NCBI GenBank assembly: GCA_015680685.1
Contig: MNCI01002454.1
Span: 37,612-101,611, forward strand
From: Gnetum montanum
Lineage: Eukaryota > Plantae > Gnetophyta
Direction of reading: 5' to 3'
Length of the DNA stretch: 64,000 bases
In this document: positions 51,261-64,000 of the stretch, one piece after another
Numbering within the stretch: the stretch's first letter is position 1
How the letters are laid out: every line of letters begins with the position of its first letter
Position numbers and translations under genes: made by a program
Notes under the pieces: model-generated
Databases searched by the model: none
What the model was told of the DNA's origin: nothing
The model's input: the letters and a program-made list of their open reading frames with translations, nothing else

Positions 51261-52151
51261 TGATGAATCATAAATTGGCTATGTTAACTAGGTCCCATCA
51301 ACTAGGACTCTTCAACTAGGCCTCATCAACTAAGCCCCATCAATGCATGATTTCATACAATGACGTGGCCTTGTCAACACAGTGTCTATTTTTTCCTATA
51401 AATATCTACTCACCTGCTATGTTTGTGGCAATCATTGTCATAATGTAGCATAGCTCTTACAATTTTTCTTCCATAAAGTAAGAATATTTTCCCAAGTGCC
51501 TACAACAAGAGTCATTGAGTATATGGATCTTTATTCAAGCACTATTGTACCTGAGCACAATAGTATATGCAGTAATAAAGATAAGCTTTCTAATAAACCT
51601 TACACTAATTTGGCTAGATTAAATATTTTCACATGCATTCAATGTTTTCAGTAATTTTATGTAATGCTTTTAAGTAATTAAGCTAAATTAAGCTAGATTA
51701 AATAAATATTAATTAAGCACATACGTACAACTACTTTGAACATGCACATGATGCTTGGTAATCTCAGTAACACTTAATGTTTCATAACCCATCAGTGTTA
51801 TATGTGTTCAGGATGTGTACAGAAAGTAGGAATGAACGCTTATGTTAGGATTAGTTTGGTGTCGCTATTTAGATTGAATTAGCAATTAAATTACTTCATT
51901 ATTTTCATCCTTTATTTTAAGCATCCAAAACAAAACATGAAAATAATAAAATTCATATGCCGTAGTTACACTTAAACATACATTTTCATATCACAAGTGC
52001 AATTGGAAAGACAATGAAGGATTGTCAAGGCTAGTTTCACTTCCTAGAGGCTAGTGTACTAGAAGAAAAAGGGTCCAAGGAATTCAATTAAATCACACAT
52101 GAATGCTTAGTGATTTGTATGGTTGGGTGTAGGGGTACTTGTCACTCACCA
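51261..52151 (+). repeat. Element B 3' LTR
   Basis: tgatga...tcacca; matches 45592-46483. Confidence 0.9.
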
Positions 52152-52159
52152 AAAAACTT

Positions 52160-52345
52160 CCTAAAGACGTCTCCTAGGTGATGTCTACTTCCAAGAGGAG
52201 ACATATGCATAGAGACATCTACTCCTAAACAAAGATGTCTACTAGAGTTTTTCTTTAATGTAGCAAAGATGTCTACTTTCTCAAAGAGACGTCTACCTAT
52301 ATTTTAAACATGGAGGAGATGTCTATCTTTTAAAGGAGACATCTA
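52160..52345. repeat. AGACGTCT palindrome cluster upstream of the env-like ORF
   Basis: Intact agacgtct at ~52165 and ~52287 plus agatgtct/agacatct variants. Confidence 0.75.
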
Positions 52346-52439
52346 CTTTTTTGTTAAAGATCCTTGTTGAGCACCGCTATTTGAATCTAGTCCCTCATTT
52401 CTTGTTCATTTTTAACGAAGTTGACCATAAAGAGATGAC

Positions 52440-52891
52440 CAAGGCTTCATTATTAATAGTGATTTGAGTAGCCATGGCCCATAATAAGGTTGGAATGTCA
52501 AGGGTGATGCTAAAGAAGAGGTTAAGGGAAGGCTTCACCTACAATCTAAACACTTACACCCCACAATTTAGATCTCTCAATGCTTAGCACCAATTTAAGG
52601 TAACTTGAACTATTAACATCACTTTAGAATGTTCTCTTTCCTTTCCTCTACATAGATATCAAGTGTTAATGAGTTACTTGCAAGTGGTGAATTGGGTGAC
52701 TTTCATTTCTATGGATTTCTATGTTCTTAAAGTTCTTATTAGAGAATTTTATTGTAATTTGTAATTACTAATGCTACTATTGCAATGTTTACTACCATGG
52801 CTGGGGATTCAGTGATTCATGTGTCCCTCCCAATGGTGAATGCACTTCTTGGGATTTCTAGTGCTAATGTATTTTGGGTTATCATTCATTC
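52440..52891 (+). pseudogene. 5' part of Sirevirus-like env-like ORF (Transposase_32-like), interrupted by element C
   Basis: NWVTFISMDFYVLKVLIREFYCNL; reading frame continues across the TSD into 62203. Confidence 0.7.
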
Positions 52892-53746
52892 GAATGAACT
52901 ATGTCTTGTCTAGCTCCAATATTAGAGCCCTGATATCAAATACCCAATATCAGGGCCCAAGAAGCAATGTTGGATATTCCATATCACTAGATGTATGCCA
53001 ACCTATAAATATAGTGCTTGGCACATGGTTTGGGGATATGTTTTGTCATAGCATAGTAGAGCTCTTGCAATTTTTTTTCTCCAGGGTTAGAATATTTTCC
53101 CACGTGCCTACAACATGAGTCATTAAGTATATGAATATTTATTTGAGCACGGTTGTACCTGAGCATGACAATGTGTGTAGCAATAAAGATGAGCTTTCTC
53201 ATAAACCTTGCAGAAATTTGGCTAAATTAAATATTTTATTTATGCATTTAATTTTTTATACAATTTTATTTAATGCTTTCAAGTAATTAAGCTAAATTAA
53301 GCTAAGCTAAGTTAACTTAGCTAGGCTAAATAGTAATTAATTAAGCACATAAGTATGAGACACTTGGTAATTTAATTAACACTTAACATTTGGAAACCCA
53401 ATAGGATTATATGTGTTTAGGATATGTATAGAAAGTGGGACTAGATGCTTATGTTAGGGTAGTTAGTTATTAATTAGCAATCAAGTAAGTTAAATTGGTT
53501 AATAAATTGAGTTTCAACTTATTATCAATCATAGGTGAATAAAATATAAAATAATGTATCCCAATTACACTTAACCATACAACTAAGCTTCACAAGTGTA
53601 GTTGGGAAGACAACAATTGTCATGATTAGATTTCACTTCCTAGAAATAGTGTACTTAGGAACTTAAGGTCTATGGGATTCAACTAGATTACACGTGAATG
53701 CTTGTAATTCGTAAGGTTGGGTGTAGGCTATACTTGCCACTCATCA
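52892..53746 (+). repeat. Element C 5' LTR
   Basis: Matches 61321-62197; ends tcatca. Confidence 0.9.
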
Positions 53747-53909
53747 TTGGCACTCTATCTAGGGTCCTTTAGTTTGTTTCATGCACTATCTAGGATTTAA
53801 TGAAAATTTATTTAACATCATTAGAATTAACCCTAAACTCATATCATATATCAAAATAACTACAACAATTATAAGAGAGCACACTGCATTTATTATCTTC
53901 TAATACAAA

Positions 53910-56900
53910 ATGTCTTCTTCTCACAAGAGTGATTATCCACCCAAGTTTGATGGAGTAAATAAGCAAGTTCCCAAACATTACAAAGTGATATATGCTCATC
54001 CTAATGAGTATGCACCTAATTTCACCTTTGTCCTACACCAAGATAAATAATTATGGTGGTCAGACATAAAGGGAAACATTGTGTTGCCACATGATCAATC
54101 CATTCTTGCGATGCTCCACCAAACTCTTATGTAGTTGGGCATCCAAGGGCTTCATGCTAAATATGTTGTGCAAGATAGTGACACTAGGAATTATCATCCC
54201 ACCAATGCACAACATCTAAGGGATCGATAGCTAGACCAACATTACAAATCTATGAAGGGGAAGTGGTCTAATGATTCCCCATTTTTGATGTACCAAAAAG
54301 ATGGTGTAGAACCCTTCTTTGGGGGGTTTTCCATACAAAGAGACTCCTCTCTTTAACTTTGGTGAAGGAGGTCAAAACCAAAACTTACAGTCCACAACAC
54401 ATAATCCTGATTCTAGAAGGAATAGATTCCATGATAGAGGATCTAAGGAGGTGATTCATAGTAGGGATATGGGCAAGCAGAATGATCATGATCATGGATA
54501 TGACCATTAAGGAGAGGGTGGCATGCATCATGATGGTGCTAGTCCTCCTTCCTCTTCACCTTCATCATCTTCTTCTTCCCCTTCTAGCTCTAAACACAAC
54601 CCCAGGGAACACAATCATGATGAAGGTGACTAAAAAGATCGAGATGATCATAGGGACCATTGGGCAAGTCAAGATCCAAGGCACAGGCATTCAAGAGAGG
54701 CCTATCACCATAAACAAAGGGGTAGTAGAGAACATCATAGGCACCAGGATCATGGATATGACAAGGCTGTGCTCACCACCTGAAGCATGCTAAACATCAC
54801 AGAGACAATGAGAATTCTAATAAGACACATGAAAGATAGCAGGATCCCCAAGTTTGAGGGAAACTATAACTCCAATTCACAAAATCATTTTCAAGCTTTT
54901 CATGATTCCTATTCCCTACAAAACATAAAAAAACAACTAGAAAAAGCTTAAGTTGTTTCCTAGGATACTCATCAAGGAAGAAAAATGTTGGTACTAGTCC
55001 TTAGAGCCAAAATCAATCCATAGATAAAGTGCAATGCTCAAACTATTCAATAAGAAGTGCTAAACATACTCTTGAGTATCCAATCTAAGAAGGCAAATCC
55101 AAGGTTGAAAGTAAGAAACACATGAGTCTTTGGATGCCACCATGGGAAGATATATTCCTTATTACACTAATGTCTTAACCATGATTACTCTCAATAAGAA
55201 CAACTTAGTCACATGATTACTCCCCATGTGACTCTTCTAATGACATTTCTCATTTCCAACATCATTACTATCCTCTTGAATACTATAAAACTCATTCTCC
55301 ACATTTCATGAGGGATGCCATATTTCATCCTTATACTTCTCCTATTCTGGCATTTGTTCCTCTATCCCTAGTATAGCTACTAATTACTCCATCCATGTAG
55401 GATGAACTTCCAACCTAGCTACAAAAATGCAATGCTACCAGGGCCATTAATCTAAAATAAGTTAATGAACCAACTGGTTTGAAACCTCATGCTCATAAAG
55501 CACCTTTTTTTCAATCCAACAACCTAACTAAACCCTCACATACACCTACAACTCGCAATCCTACTTCTTCATCTCCCTCTACATATAACACATTTGAGTC
55601 CCCTTCAAACCAAATACCACTCAAAATCCATACTATTATGCCCACTCATGTCATATCTAATTAGATCTAGGCTAGCAACCTTTCCAAGAAATTAGTTAAT
55701 CCTAGGAGTCCTTTTATCTAATTATAGATTACTAGGAATGAACCATATAAAGCTCTTCTTAATTCAAGTTCTAGTGTTAACTTGATTTCTCATGAGATGT
55801 ATACTACCTAGAACCTACCACCTCTCAAGAAGAGAATTATTCAATTGAAATTAGTACAACAGTCTATTACCATTCCATTGGAACTGGTCGAAGACATTGT
55901 GACCACTATTTAGGAATGATCTTATCCTATCAATTTCCTAATAATCAAGGTTGAGAACTATAACAAGAACTTTCCAATCATTATGAGAAGGGCATGGCTA
56001 AGCATTGTTGATGCAAGAATGGGCATCAGAGATCTTTCCCTAGAAATATGTAAGGAAAATGCATTTGGAAAGACTGAGAAGAAGTGAGTTCTATGCATTA
56101 CGTACAACGATACATGGTGTAATTACATGTAGAAACTCTAGTCCATGAAATAAGAATTTATTTCCTTATGCAAGTAGGGTGCACATGAAGAAGATATTCA
56201 AAGATGTCTGTATGCAGCAACCACAAAACAAGAGGACACCTGGTGCCTGACCACTTATTCTAAAAGTAGCACAATGTGCATGGAACCTACTGAGAGCCTA
56301 ACATGTGCCTACATAGAAGGAATGGATGAATTGGAGTAGTTTCATCACCAACTCTCTAATGATGATAATCATGATAACTATTGGAGAGAGTTGGAAATTG
56401 CTAAAACTTTTAAACAAGAGCCACTTAATTTAAAAACTTTGCCTACCAACATGAAATATGCATTCTTGAAAATTGGAAGCCAGTAACAATCAATGCAAAT
56501 CTTGCTTCTAAATAGAAACAGATGCTATTAAATGTGATCAACAAATGGTCAATAGCCTTTACTTTGTCATATCTTGATCTCATATGGATTGATCCAAGAA
56601 TATGCTAGCATCATATCTACACTAATCTATTCATGAAGCCAAATAGGTAGCAACAAAAATGATTAAATTCCAAATTAAATTAGATCATCAAAGAGAAAAG
56701 TAAACTTCTTGATGTGAGGTTTATCTATCCCACTGCAAATAGTGAGTGGGTTAGCCCACTCATGATTGTGCCCAAAAAGATGACAAGTAGTGGATCTGCA
56801 TCAATTTTTAGTTGTTGAATATGGCAACATTTAAAGATCACTTTTCATTACAATTTGTGGATCAAGTGTTGGATACTATATCTAGGAATTATTATTAAAG

Positions 56901-59240
56901 TTTTTTTGGATGGTTGTAGTGACTATAATCAAATCCAAGTGACATCATAGGATCAGGCCAAAACAACATTTATGAGTCTCTGGGAAACTTTTACATATCA
57001 AAATATGTCATTTGGCCTATGCAATACCCCTACCAAATTCCAATGCCTAGTCTTAAGCATTTTTTTGTAGAAAATTAGTAGAGGGATGGAATTCTTCATG
57101 GATGACTTCTCCACCTATGGGGGCTACATTCGAGCAAGCCTTAAACCATCATAAGCAAGTGCATAAAAGTTGTGTGGAGACCAATCTTTAGCTTAATTGG
57201 AAAAAGAGCCATCTGATGGTCCAAGAATCATTGTATTAGGGCATAGAATCTCATAAGTAGGGATTAAGGTCAACCTTGAAAAGATTAGGGTCATCCAACA
57301 AATTACCCATCAACAAAAAATTATAAAAGATGTCTAATCATTCCTTGGACAAACTAGCTACTACCGATGATTTATAGAAAATTTCTCTTAAGATTACAAA
57401 ATCATTGGTTGAGCTAACATAGAAAGATGATCCATTTATTTGGACTAAGGAATGTGAAAATTCATTCCAAAAATTGAAGGATAAACTTGTAGAAACTCCA
57501 ATTCTACAAGCACTTGACTAGTCTATACCATTTCACGTCATGATAGGTGCATCAAATTATGCCTTGGGGGATGCACTTAGATAGTTGGATGACAAAAAAC
57601 ATCCATATTACATCCACTATGCAAGTTAAAGCATTGTGGATGCATAGCTAAACTACACCACCACATAAAAAGAATTGATGGTAGTGGTGTTTGCCTTAGA
57701 GAAATTTAGGCACTATGTGCTTGGATACAAAGTATTTATACACATGAACCACAATGCAATTCACTTCTTGATGAATAAGCCAACAATAAGCCCCCATGTC
57801 ATACAATAGCTAGTGATCTTGTAAGAATTCGATTTTACGATGGTAGATCAAAAGAAAACTAAGAATGTGGTCATTGACCACTTATCTCAGTTATGATGGG
57901 ACAATAAAGAGGAGGAAAGTCCACTATCTAATTACTTTCTTGATGAAATTCTCTTTGTTAGGGCTATAAATAAACAATTGTCCATTGAGCCTAAATGGCA
58001 TGATGGCATTCTCACCTACCTTCTAACTCAAGAAATGCCACAAGAATTGGACCACTAGCAGAAATAAAAATTTCCTCACCAAGTGAAACGCTTCATGGAG
58101 ATTAATAGGCACCTCTACAAGACATGCACCAATGGCCTAGTTCACTAGTATGTCCCTAATTTTGATCAACTGCACATTCTTCAGAACACTCATGAGGGTC
58201 CTTGTGGGGCCACTATGCTAAGAGATGCATAGTCATTAAGATCCTAATGGCAAGATAGTATTGACCAACACTTTTTAGGAATGCTCACTAGTTTCTCTGT
58301 TCTTATGAGCATTACCAATGCGCTGGTGGAATGACTGCTCAAATGGTGGGACCTCAATAGTGGATCCAATCACTGGAACCCTTCAACATCTAGGGCATTA
58401 ACTTCATGGGTCTAATCATGTCCATTTCAAATGGAAAGGTGTACATCATTTTCACTATTGACTATTGTATGAAATGGGAAAAAGTAGTAGCCATCACTAA
58501 CTATACATCTTCTACTCTAGCTTAGTTTATATAATAAAATTTTGTAAATAGGTTTGGTATGCCATGTGCATTAATTTCTGATAATGGAATCCACTTTACA
58601 GGAACTACCTTTCGAAAGCTCATGCAACACTTGGGGTTTGAGCATAAATTAACAACACCTTATCATCCCCAAGACAACAATCAAGCTAAGGTCACAAATA
58701 GGAAAATCACTAAAATCTTAATGAGAATAGTTAGCAAATATAGGAGGGATTGGAACATGAAACTCAACAATACCCTCTACTGCTCCACCTAGAATCTTCC
58801 TATAGGCTACTCTCCCTATGATCTCCTATACAAAAAATTACCAACTCTTCCTATTCAATCTAAGCTTCGTACATTTTCAATAGCTTGTGACGGTGACCTT
58901 AATTTAAGCCTAGCACAAAAAGAAAGATTAACAAATCTCAACTTGCTAAAAGAAAATCAATTGGTGGCACTATCATTTAACGAGTTGCATAAGGCATTCA
59001 AAAAAAAGTGCCATGACCTTAGAATTAGGAAAGTCAAATTTCAACCTAGAGATAAGTTCCTTTAATAGAACCCTACACATGTGCCACAACGAACCAAGTT
59101 TTAAAAACTATGGGAATGCCCTTATATTATTTTTAAAAATTTTCCTTATAGGACCATGTTAATCTACAAACCTAAAAGCCCACACAACAAGTCAAACCTT
59201 TCCATGAGCCTAAACAAGCCAGTGCAATGAATGCCTCATT
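53910..59240 (+). pseudogene. pol: Element C gag-pol
   Basis: PR KALLNSSSSVNLI (~55750); RT FFMDDF (~57095); RH KFRHYVLG (~57705); INT ALISDNGIHF...TPYHPQDNNQ (ORF 58559-58792). Confidence 0.9.
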
Positions 59241-61320
59241 AGATGGACAACCATGCTTAATCTTTTGGATCTCCTTCTTTGAACCTAGTCATGGGGGAGA
59301 TAGCCATCCATGCTAACTATATAAGTGATTCCTTAATTTTTCATCTTTTTTTTTACACATTTTTTTACAAATATTTGTTTTATGCCTTCTTTATTTTACG
59401 CCTTTTTGTTTTTACATTATTAATTTTTTCCAATTTTTATTTTATAACATCATTAGTAGATTTTATTTTTCTTAAATGTTTTACAATTTCTTGTATATTT
59501 TTCTTGATTTTGATGTAATTTTCTTATTTTTATTTAATAATAATGTGCCTTATTGCCAGCTGACTATAGTGTGGTTTTTTTGATGTGGGCATGTGCTATT
59601 CAATTGTTTGATTGTTGGTGTTTGGATTCTAGCTTTAAATTTTATTATTGATAACTAAAGAATGGTTTCTTTTTCATGAAATAGGCAATGATTCCATGAC
59701 ATCCACCCATCCACAAGCTCTATGGTGTTTCTTGTTCTAAAAGTATGAGGTTCCTTTTCATTAATAAAACTTTAAAAAACTTGTGACCTTGGTAGTTTCC
59801 AAACATGGAAAGGATTTAAAGATTTAAATAAGGTGTGAATTCAAGGGGACTTGGTACTCTTTGTGCCTTTCTATTTATTTGGGTGCATGTGTGTTTTCAT
59901 GGATTTCTTATCGTTCTATGTTGACCAATAACAGGAAGTTGAATAAGTCTTTGCATGGTGTGGTTCCCATTTCAAAAAAACAAAACAAAATGATTGGAAT
60001 TCAAAGCACACCTCTTAGATAAAATAAGTGGACTACAAGCATTGGTTATGGGACTAGAAAGACATATTACCCATGCTTGACGGGCTCCTCTAACTAAGGC
60101 CCTTCCTCACTTCCTAGTTCTCTTTTCTTCTTAAATAAGGAATGGTGGTTGTTCTGTGGGAGCACTCTTGTGTCTCAAGGGGATGGACCAGCCTTAGAGT
60201 GGTGATGTAAAGTCACTAAGCACCGTTAGTTTTTTTCTGGACTAAGGATGAATTTTATCAAGTCACTTAACTACAAAATTCACAATGGACTTCATGTGAC
60301 CTTAAGTAGGAACTCCATTCTACTTTCCCTCTCATCCATCTATGCTTCCCATGCCTCACCTCACTGCCAATGTTCATGTTCTTGTTTAATGTCTTAGTTT
60401 GATGTGTCAAAATTGTTAGGTAGTTTCTTTTGGGCTTTTATACTTAATTTTCCATAACCATTAATCACCCATGGGGCCCACAAACTCCTGGGTTTGAGGT
60501 TATGCAAGGGCAACAAAGGGTGTGTGCTTACTTTTGGAAGGATCCACTTGCATACCTTTTTGTTGGGTTAGTTAAGTTCCTTAACCTTAGACATTCTCAA
60601 AATCAAATCCTTTTGCATGCCCCCATCAATGATATCCAATTATGTACATCTTCACAATGTTTTTCAATAAAATTTTCTTTTTTATTATTATGAATTCTTT
60701 AACCCTCTTCAAATATTTCATCACATTTGGCCTTTTCAAAATTTAGTAATGGACCGCTTNATTTAACCCTCTTCAAGTATTTCATCACATTTGGCCTTTT
60801 CAAAATTTAGTAATGGACCGCTTATCCATTTCCCCCCATATTTTAGTCTTTCCGCTAACACTATTAAAGGAATCAATCCACCATAATCACAACCTACCCA
60901 AGCTTAACTACCAACAAGATAAGGTACCTAAAGGCTATACATTACACATTGCATTCTAATCCATGGTTTTTATTGTGATTGTAATGGAAAGCATGAATTA
61001 GAGGTAAGACTATCTTGACCAAGGAATCAAAAGTAGCACCATGTGACGAGGCCTCTCAAGATCAATGAATCTTCTCCCTTATTCTTTAGTTGCCAAAGTA
61101 GTTGGATGTTAGTTTTGGCCAAGATGTTTAATTCTATTTTTATGAACATCCAATTTTATAAAAGATTGTAAATCCATACACTTGGGCACTTAGAATCTAT
61201 CTCTTCCATCTAAGTCAGTTTACATGTCAATCAATAATCCCATACCTTCCCAATATTTTGTAAGGGACCTGTTCCTCCTTTTTTTCACTTAAGGACACAT
61301 TTTCATTCAGTTGTGGTGGT

Positions 61321-62197
61321 TGATGAACTATGTCTTATCTAGCTCTAATATCAAAGCCCTAATATCAAATACCCAATATCAAGGCCCAAGAAGCAATGTC
61401 AGACATTTGATATCGTGGGATGTGTGTTGCCCTATAAATATAGTACTTGGGCACATGGTTTGGGCATAAGTTTTATCATAGCATAGTAGAGCTCTTGTAG
61501 TTTCTTTTCTCCAAAGTTATAATATTTTCCAAAGTGCCCATAGCAAGAGTTATTGAGTGTACAAATCTTCATTTGAGCACTATTCTACCTAAGCATGGCA
61601 TGGCAATTGTGCAACAATAAAGATGAGCTTTCTGATAAACCTTGTAGCACTTTAGCTAGATTAAATATTCTATTTATGCATTTAATGTTTTATGTAAATT
61701 TATTTAATTATTTTAGGTAATTAAGCTAAATTAAGCTAATTTAGTTAGGCTATATAGCAATTAATTGAGAACATAAGTATGACCACTTCAAGCATGTGCA
61801 TGATGCTTGGTAAACCCAACAATGCTTAATGTTTGGTAACCCAGCAACATTATATGTGTTCAAGCTATGTACGAAAAGTAGGACTAGATGCTTATGTTAG
61901 GATAGTTAGTTATTAATTAGCAATCAGATTAGTTAAATTGGTTAATAAATTAAGTTTCAACTTCTTATCAATCGTAGATGAATAAAATATAAAATAATAA
62001 AAATCATGTGCCCAATTACACTTAACCATACAACTAAGCTTCACAAGTGTAGTTGGAAAGACAATGATCATCATGATTAGATTTCACTTCCTAGAATTAG
62101 CACACTTAGGAACTTAAGGTCTGTGCAATTAGATTGAATTGCACATGAACTTTTGTAATTTGTATGGTTGGGCATAGGGTATACTCACCATTCATCA
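61321..62197 (+). repeat. Element C 3' LTR
   Basis: tgatga...tcatca. Confidence 0.92.
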
Positions 62198-62202
62198 CAT
62201 TC

Positions 62203-63350
62203 TATAAATGATATTTTTACAAATGTTGTAATTCTTATCATCCATTATGAGTTTTGTGATGCATTGTTTGGGGAGTTAGTGTCTTTTGGAAAAGAAAGAA
62301 TTTATGCAAATAAGATGTCTCCATATTCTTCCACTTTGTCCCTGATTATTTTGTATAACATCATTGTCAAAGGGAAAAGCTATAACTATCTACTATCAAC
62401 CAAAGCGTTGGTTCTCTACTACCTACTTACAGGATAATCACTTGACTTGGGTCATACTCTCTATCATGACATGTTAACTATGGTCATGAAAGAGAGAATC
62501 TTTGAGCATCCTTACCTCATCATTTTGCTAATTTTTCAAAGGGACATGTCCATTCTTGAGATGCCTTTGCTCAAAGGAAAGAGGAGCCTTGGGAAGTATG
62601 TAGAGAAGAGGAGCTCCTTCCATGTAGATGAAGTAGGACCCAACACCAAGCCATCTCAATCCTAGAAGTAGAGATTAGCATCATCATCTTAGACCTCTCA
62701 CTAGTTAGGAAGGTCCAAATCTACTATTCGACAAGTGAGATCTTCCCTAAAAAAGTTATTTTGATCATTTTCTCATACTATAGAGATGATTGGAAAGAAT
62801 CTTTCTTACTTGCATAACGAATGGATACTATTGGAGTACCTCTTCCTCCTAATGGGTAGCAATTTGATAAGGTTACCATTCCTATTTTAGAAAGTGAGGA
62901 GGATGTTCCTACTTCACTGAAACATTTAGCAATAGTTGGACCTTCCTAAGCCTATGTCTGATTTAGAGAAGCCTGATGCATCACCAGCAAATATCCTAAG
63001 GGAGCATCCTGATCCCATGTAGCCTAGCACCAGTTCTCATTATCAGGATGATGCTCCTAGATCATTCAAGTAGTAGGCCATGAAGAACATCTTTGGAACC
63101 TTGTTCTAATGGAGGACTATTGATGCTATCACATATCAAAGGAAAGGAGCTTCATTATCCTCTTAGTAGACTAGTGAAGCTTTATTCATGGAGATCTCCT
63201 ATCTAGCCTCCTTTAGATGATGATGATGAGTAGCATACATCTAGTGCCAATACTAGTAACAATGATGATGAAGAGGATACATATAGACCTTCTAGAGCTG
63301 TAGGTACTTTAGATGATGATTCCAATGATGCAACTAAGGTTAGTGATTAG
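62203..63350 (+). pseudogene. 3' part of Sirevirus-like env-like ORF
   Basis: NIIVKGKSYNYL...LVLYYLLTG*SLDLGHTLYHDM...HPYLIILLIF followed by an acidic low-complexity tail. Confidence 0.7.
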
Positions 63351-63373
63351 AGATCTTGGATTCTCACACTTCT

Positions 63374-63400
63374 TTTTGATGATGTCCAAAAAGTGGGAGA
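63374..63400 (+). promoter_or_regulatory. Upstream (second) polypurine tract
   Basis: ttttgatgatgtccaaaaagtgggaga, similar to the terminal PPT; multiple PPTs are a Sirevirus hallmark. Confidence 0.6.
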
Positions 63401-63765
63401 TAACTTGATGTACACATATGTGGCTTTTATTGTGAATTTGCACATATGTGATTTTTGTACATATTGATGATATTTTAGTAGCTATATTATATGGATAGTT
63501 TGTGAATAGATTGTATGAATAGTTTGTTGTATGGATAGATGATGCTTACCATGATTATATATTTATGCATTTTATGGAGTTAGGTTTTTCCTTTGCATAG
63601 TATAGTTTCATGCATTCTTTACCCTGCACCTTGAGCATTAGATCCATTATCCTAGTTATAACCTTAGCTACCATTATCATTTATACATCTTAATATTTTT
63701 ATTGATTATTATTATTGTTTATTAATTTATCAACTCACTCATTTTCTTAAGCTTTCGACATCATC

Positions 63766-63778
63766 AAAAAGGGGAAGA
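63766..63778 (+). promoter_or_regulatory. Terminal PPT of Copia/Sirevirus-like element
   Basis: aaaaaggggaaga followed by t + TG LTR start. Confidence 0.75.
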
Positions 63779-63779
63779 T

Positions 63780-64000
63780 TGCTAACCTTTTGGTATGTCA
63801 AAACCTTAAGAAAAATGGATAACATAAAATGTTGTGGAATCTGATGATTTTGCAAGGCATGAATGAAAACTCAAGAAATGAGATCTATAAAGAGATGTCA
63901 AAGTGGTAACTACAAGGACTCAAGGGAGCATGGATGAGTACAAAGACTACAAGAAAAATGAAGAGTTCCATCAATCAAGAGAAAGCTAAATTTGTAAGAA
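63780..64000 (+). repeat. Start of 3' LTR of Sirevirus-like element (runs off window)
   Basis: Follows PPT; homologous to the minus-strand start of solo LTR 42546-43729. Confidence 0.75.

Larger units (their letters stand above)
45592..52151 (+). mobile_element. Athila-like element B, non-autonomous (partial gag fused to ORF2; PR-RT-RH-INT deleted)
   Basis: LTRs 45592-46483 and 51261-52151; PBS tggcaccactaccatggatc 46485-46504; PPT agttgtgggggta 51248-51260; no matching TSD (GATGT vs AAAAA). Confidence 0.88.
52892..62197 (+). mobile_element. Athila-like element C (gag-pol, ORF2 largely deleted)
   Basis: LTRs 52892-53746 and 61321-62197; TSD CATTC (52887-52891 / 62198-62202); PBS-like tggcac at 53748; PPT ~61309-61320. 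Confidence 0.93.

Noticed and set aside
60698-60823. ~62-bp near-perfect tandem duplication
   Set aside because: The copies flank a single N (60760); most likely an unmerged contig overlap

Overview
AT-rich, strongly CG- and CHG-depleted plant intergenic DNA made entirely of old, nested, decayed LTR retrotransposons. No intact ORF, host gene, RNA gene or CRISPR array was found. The large-genome/gymnosperm-like character is inference. Reconstructed nest: (1) Two diverged minus-strand Ty3/Gypsy Tat-lineage elements. T2 spans ~11.6-45.2 kb with Ogre/Retand-type order RT-RH-aRH-INT; T1 spans <1-11.6 kb and is cut by the window edge before pol. Both have a tRNA-Asn PBS. (2) Three Athila-like elements: A 29009-41968 (-, TSD CCTAC, gag-pol + ORF2), B 45592-52151 (+, pol deleted), C 52892-62197 (+, TSD CATTC, ORF2 deleted). 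(3) A Sirevirus-like Copia solo LTR (42546-43729) and a Sirevirus-like element remnant with an env-like ORF split by C, double PPT and LTR. The standout is the Tat family. In T2, gag-PR is separated from RT by a ~9.6 kb non-pol block, at the position where Ogre elements have an intron. That block holds (a) an antisense, ~8-exon spliced gene whose exons and intron positions are conserved between T1 and T2, and (b) directly upstream of it, 16 palindromic CG/CHG-containing dyads spaced on average 187 bp apart. The same motif recurs in the T2 LTR, and a variant occurs in the T1 LTR and leader. This looks like a candidate retrotransposon-encoded chromatin/anti-silencing module (trans factor plus cis array). 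The function is a hypothesis only. All alignments and translations were done by eye.
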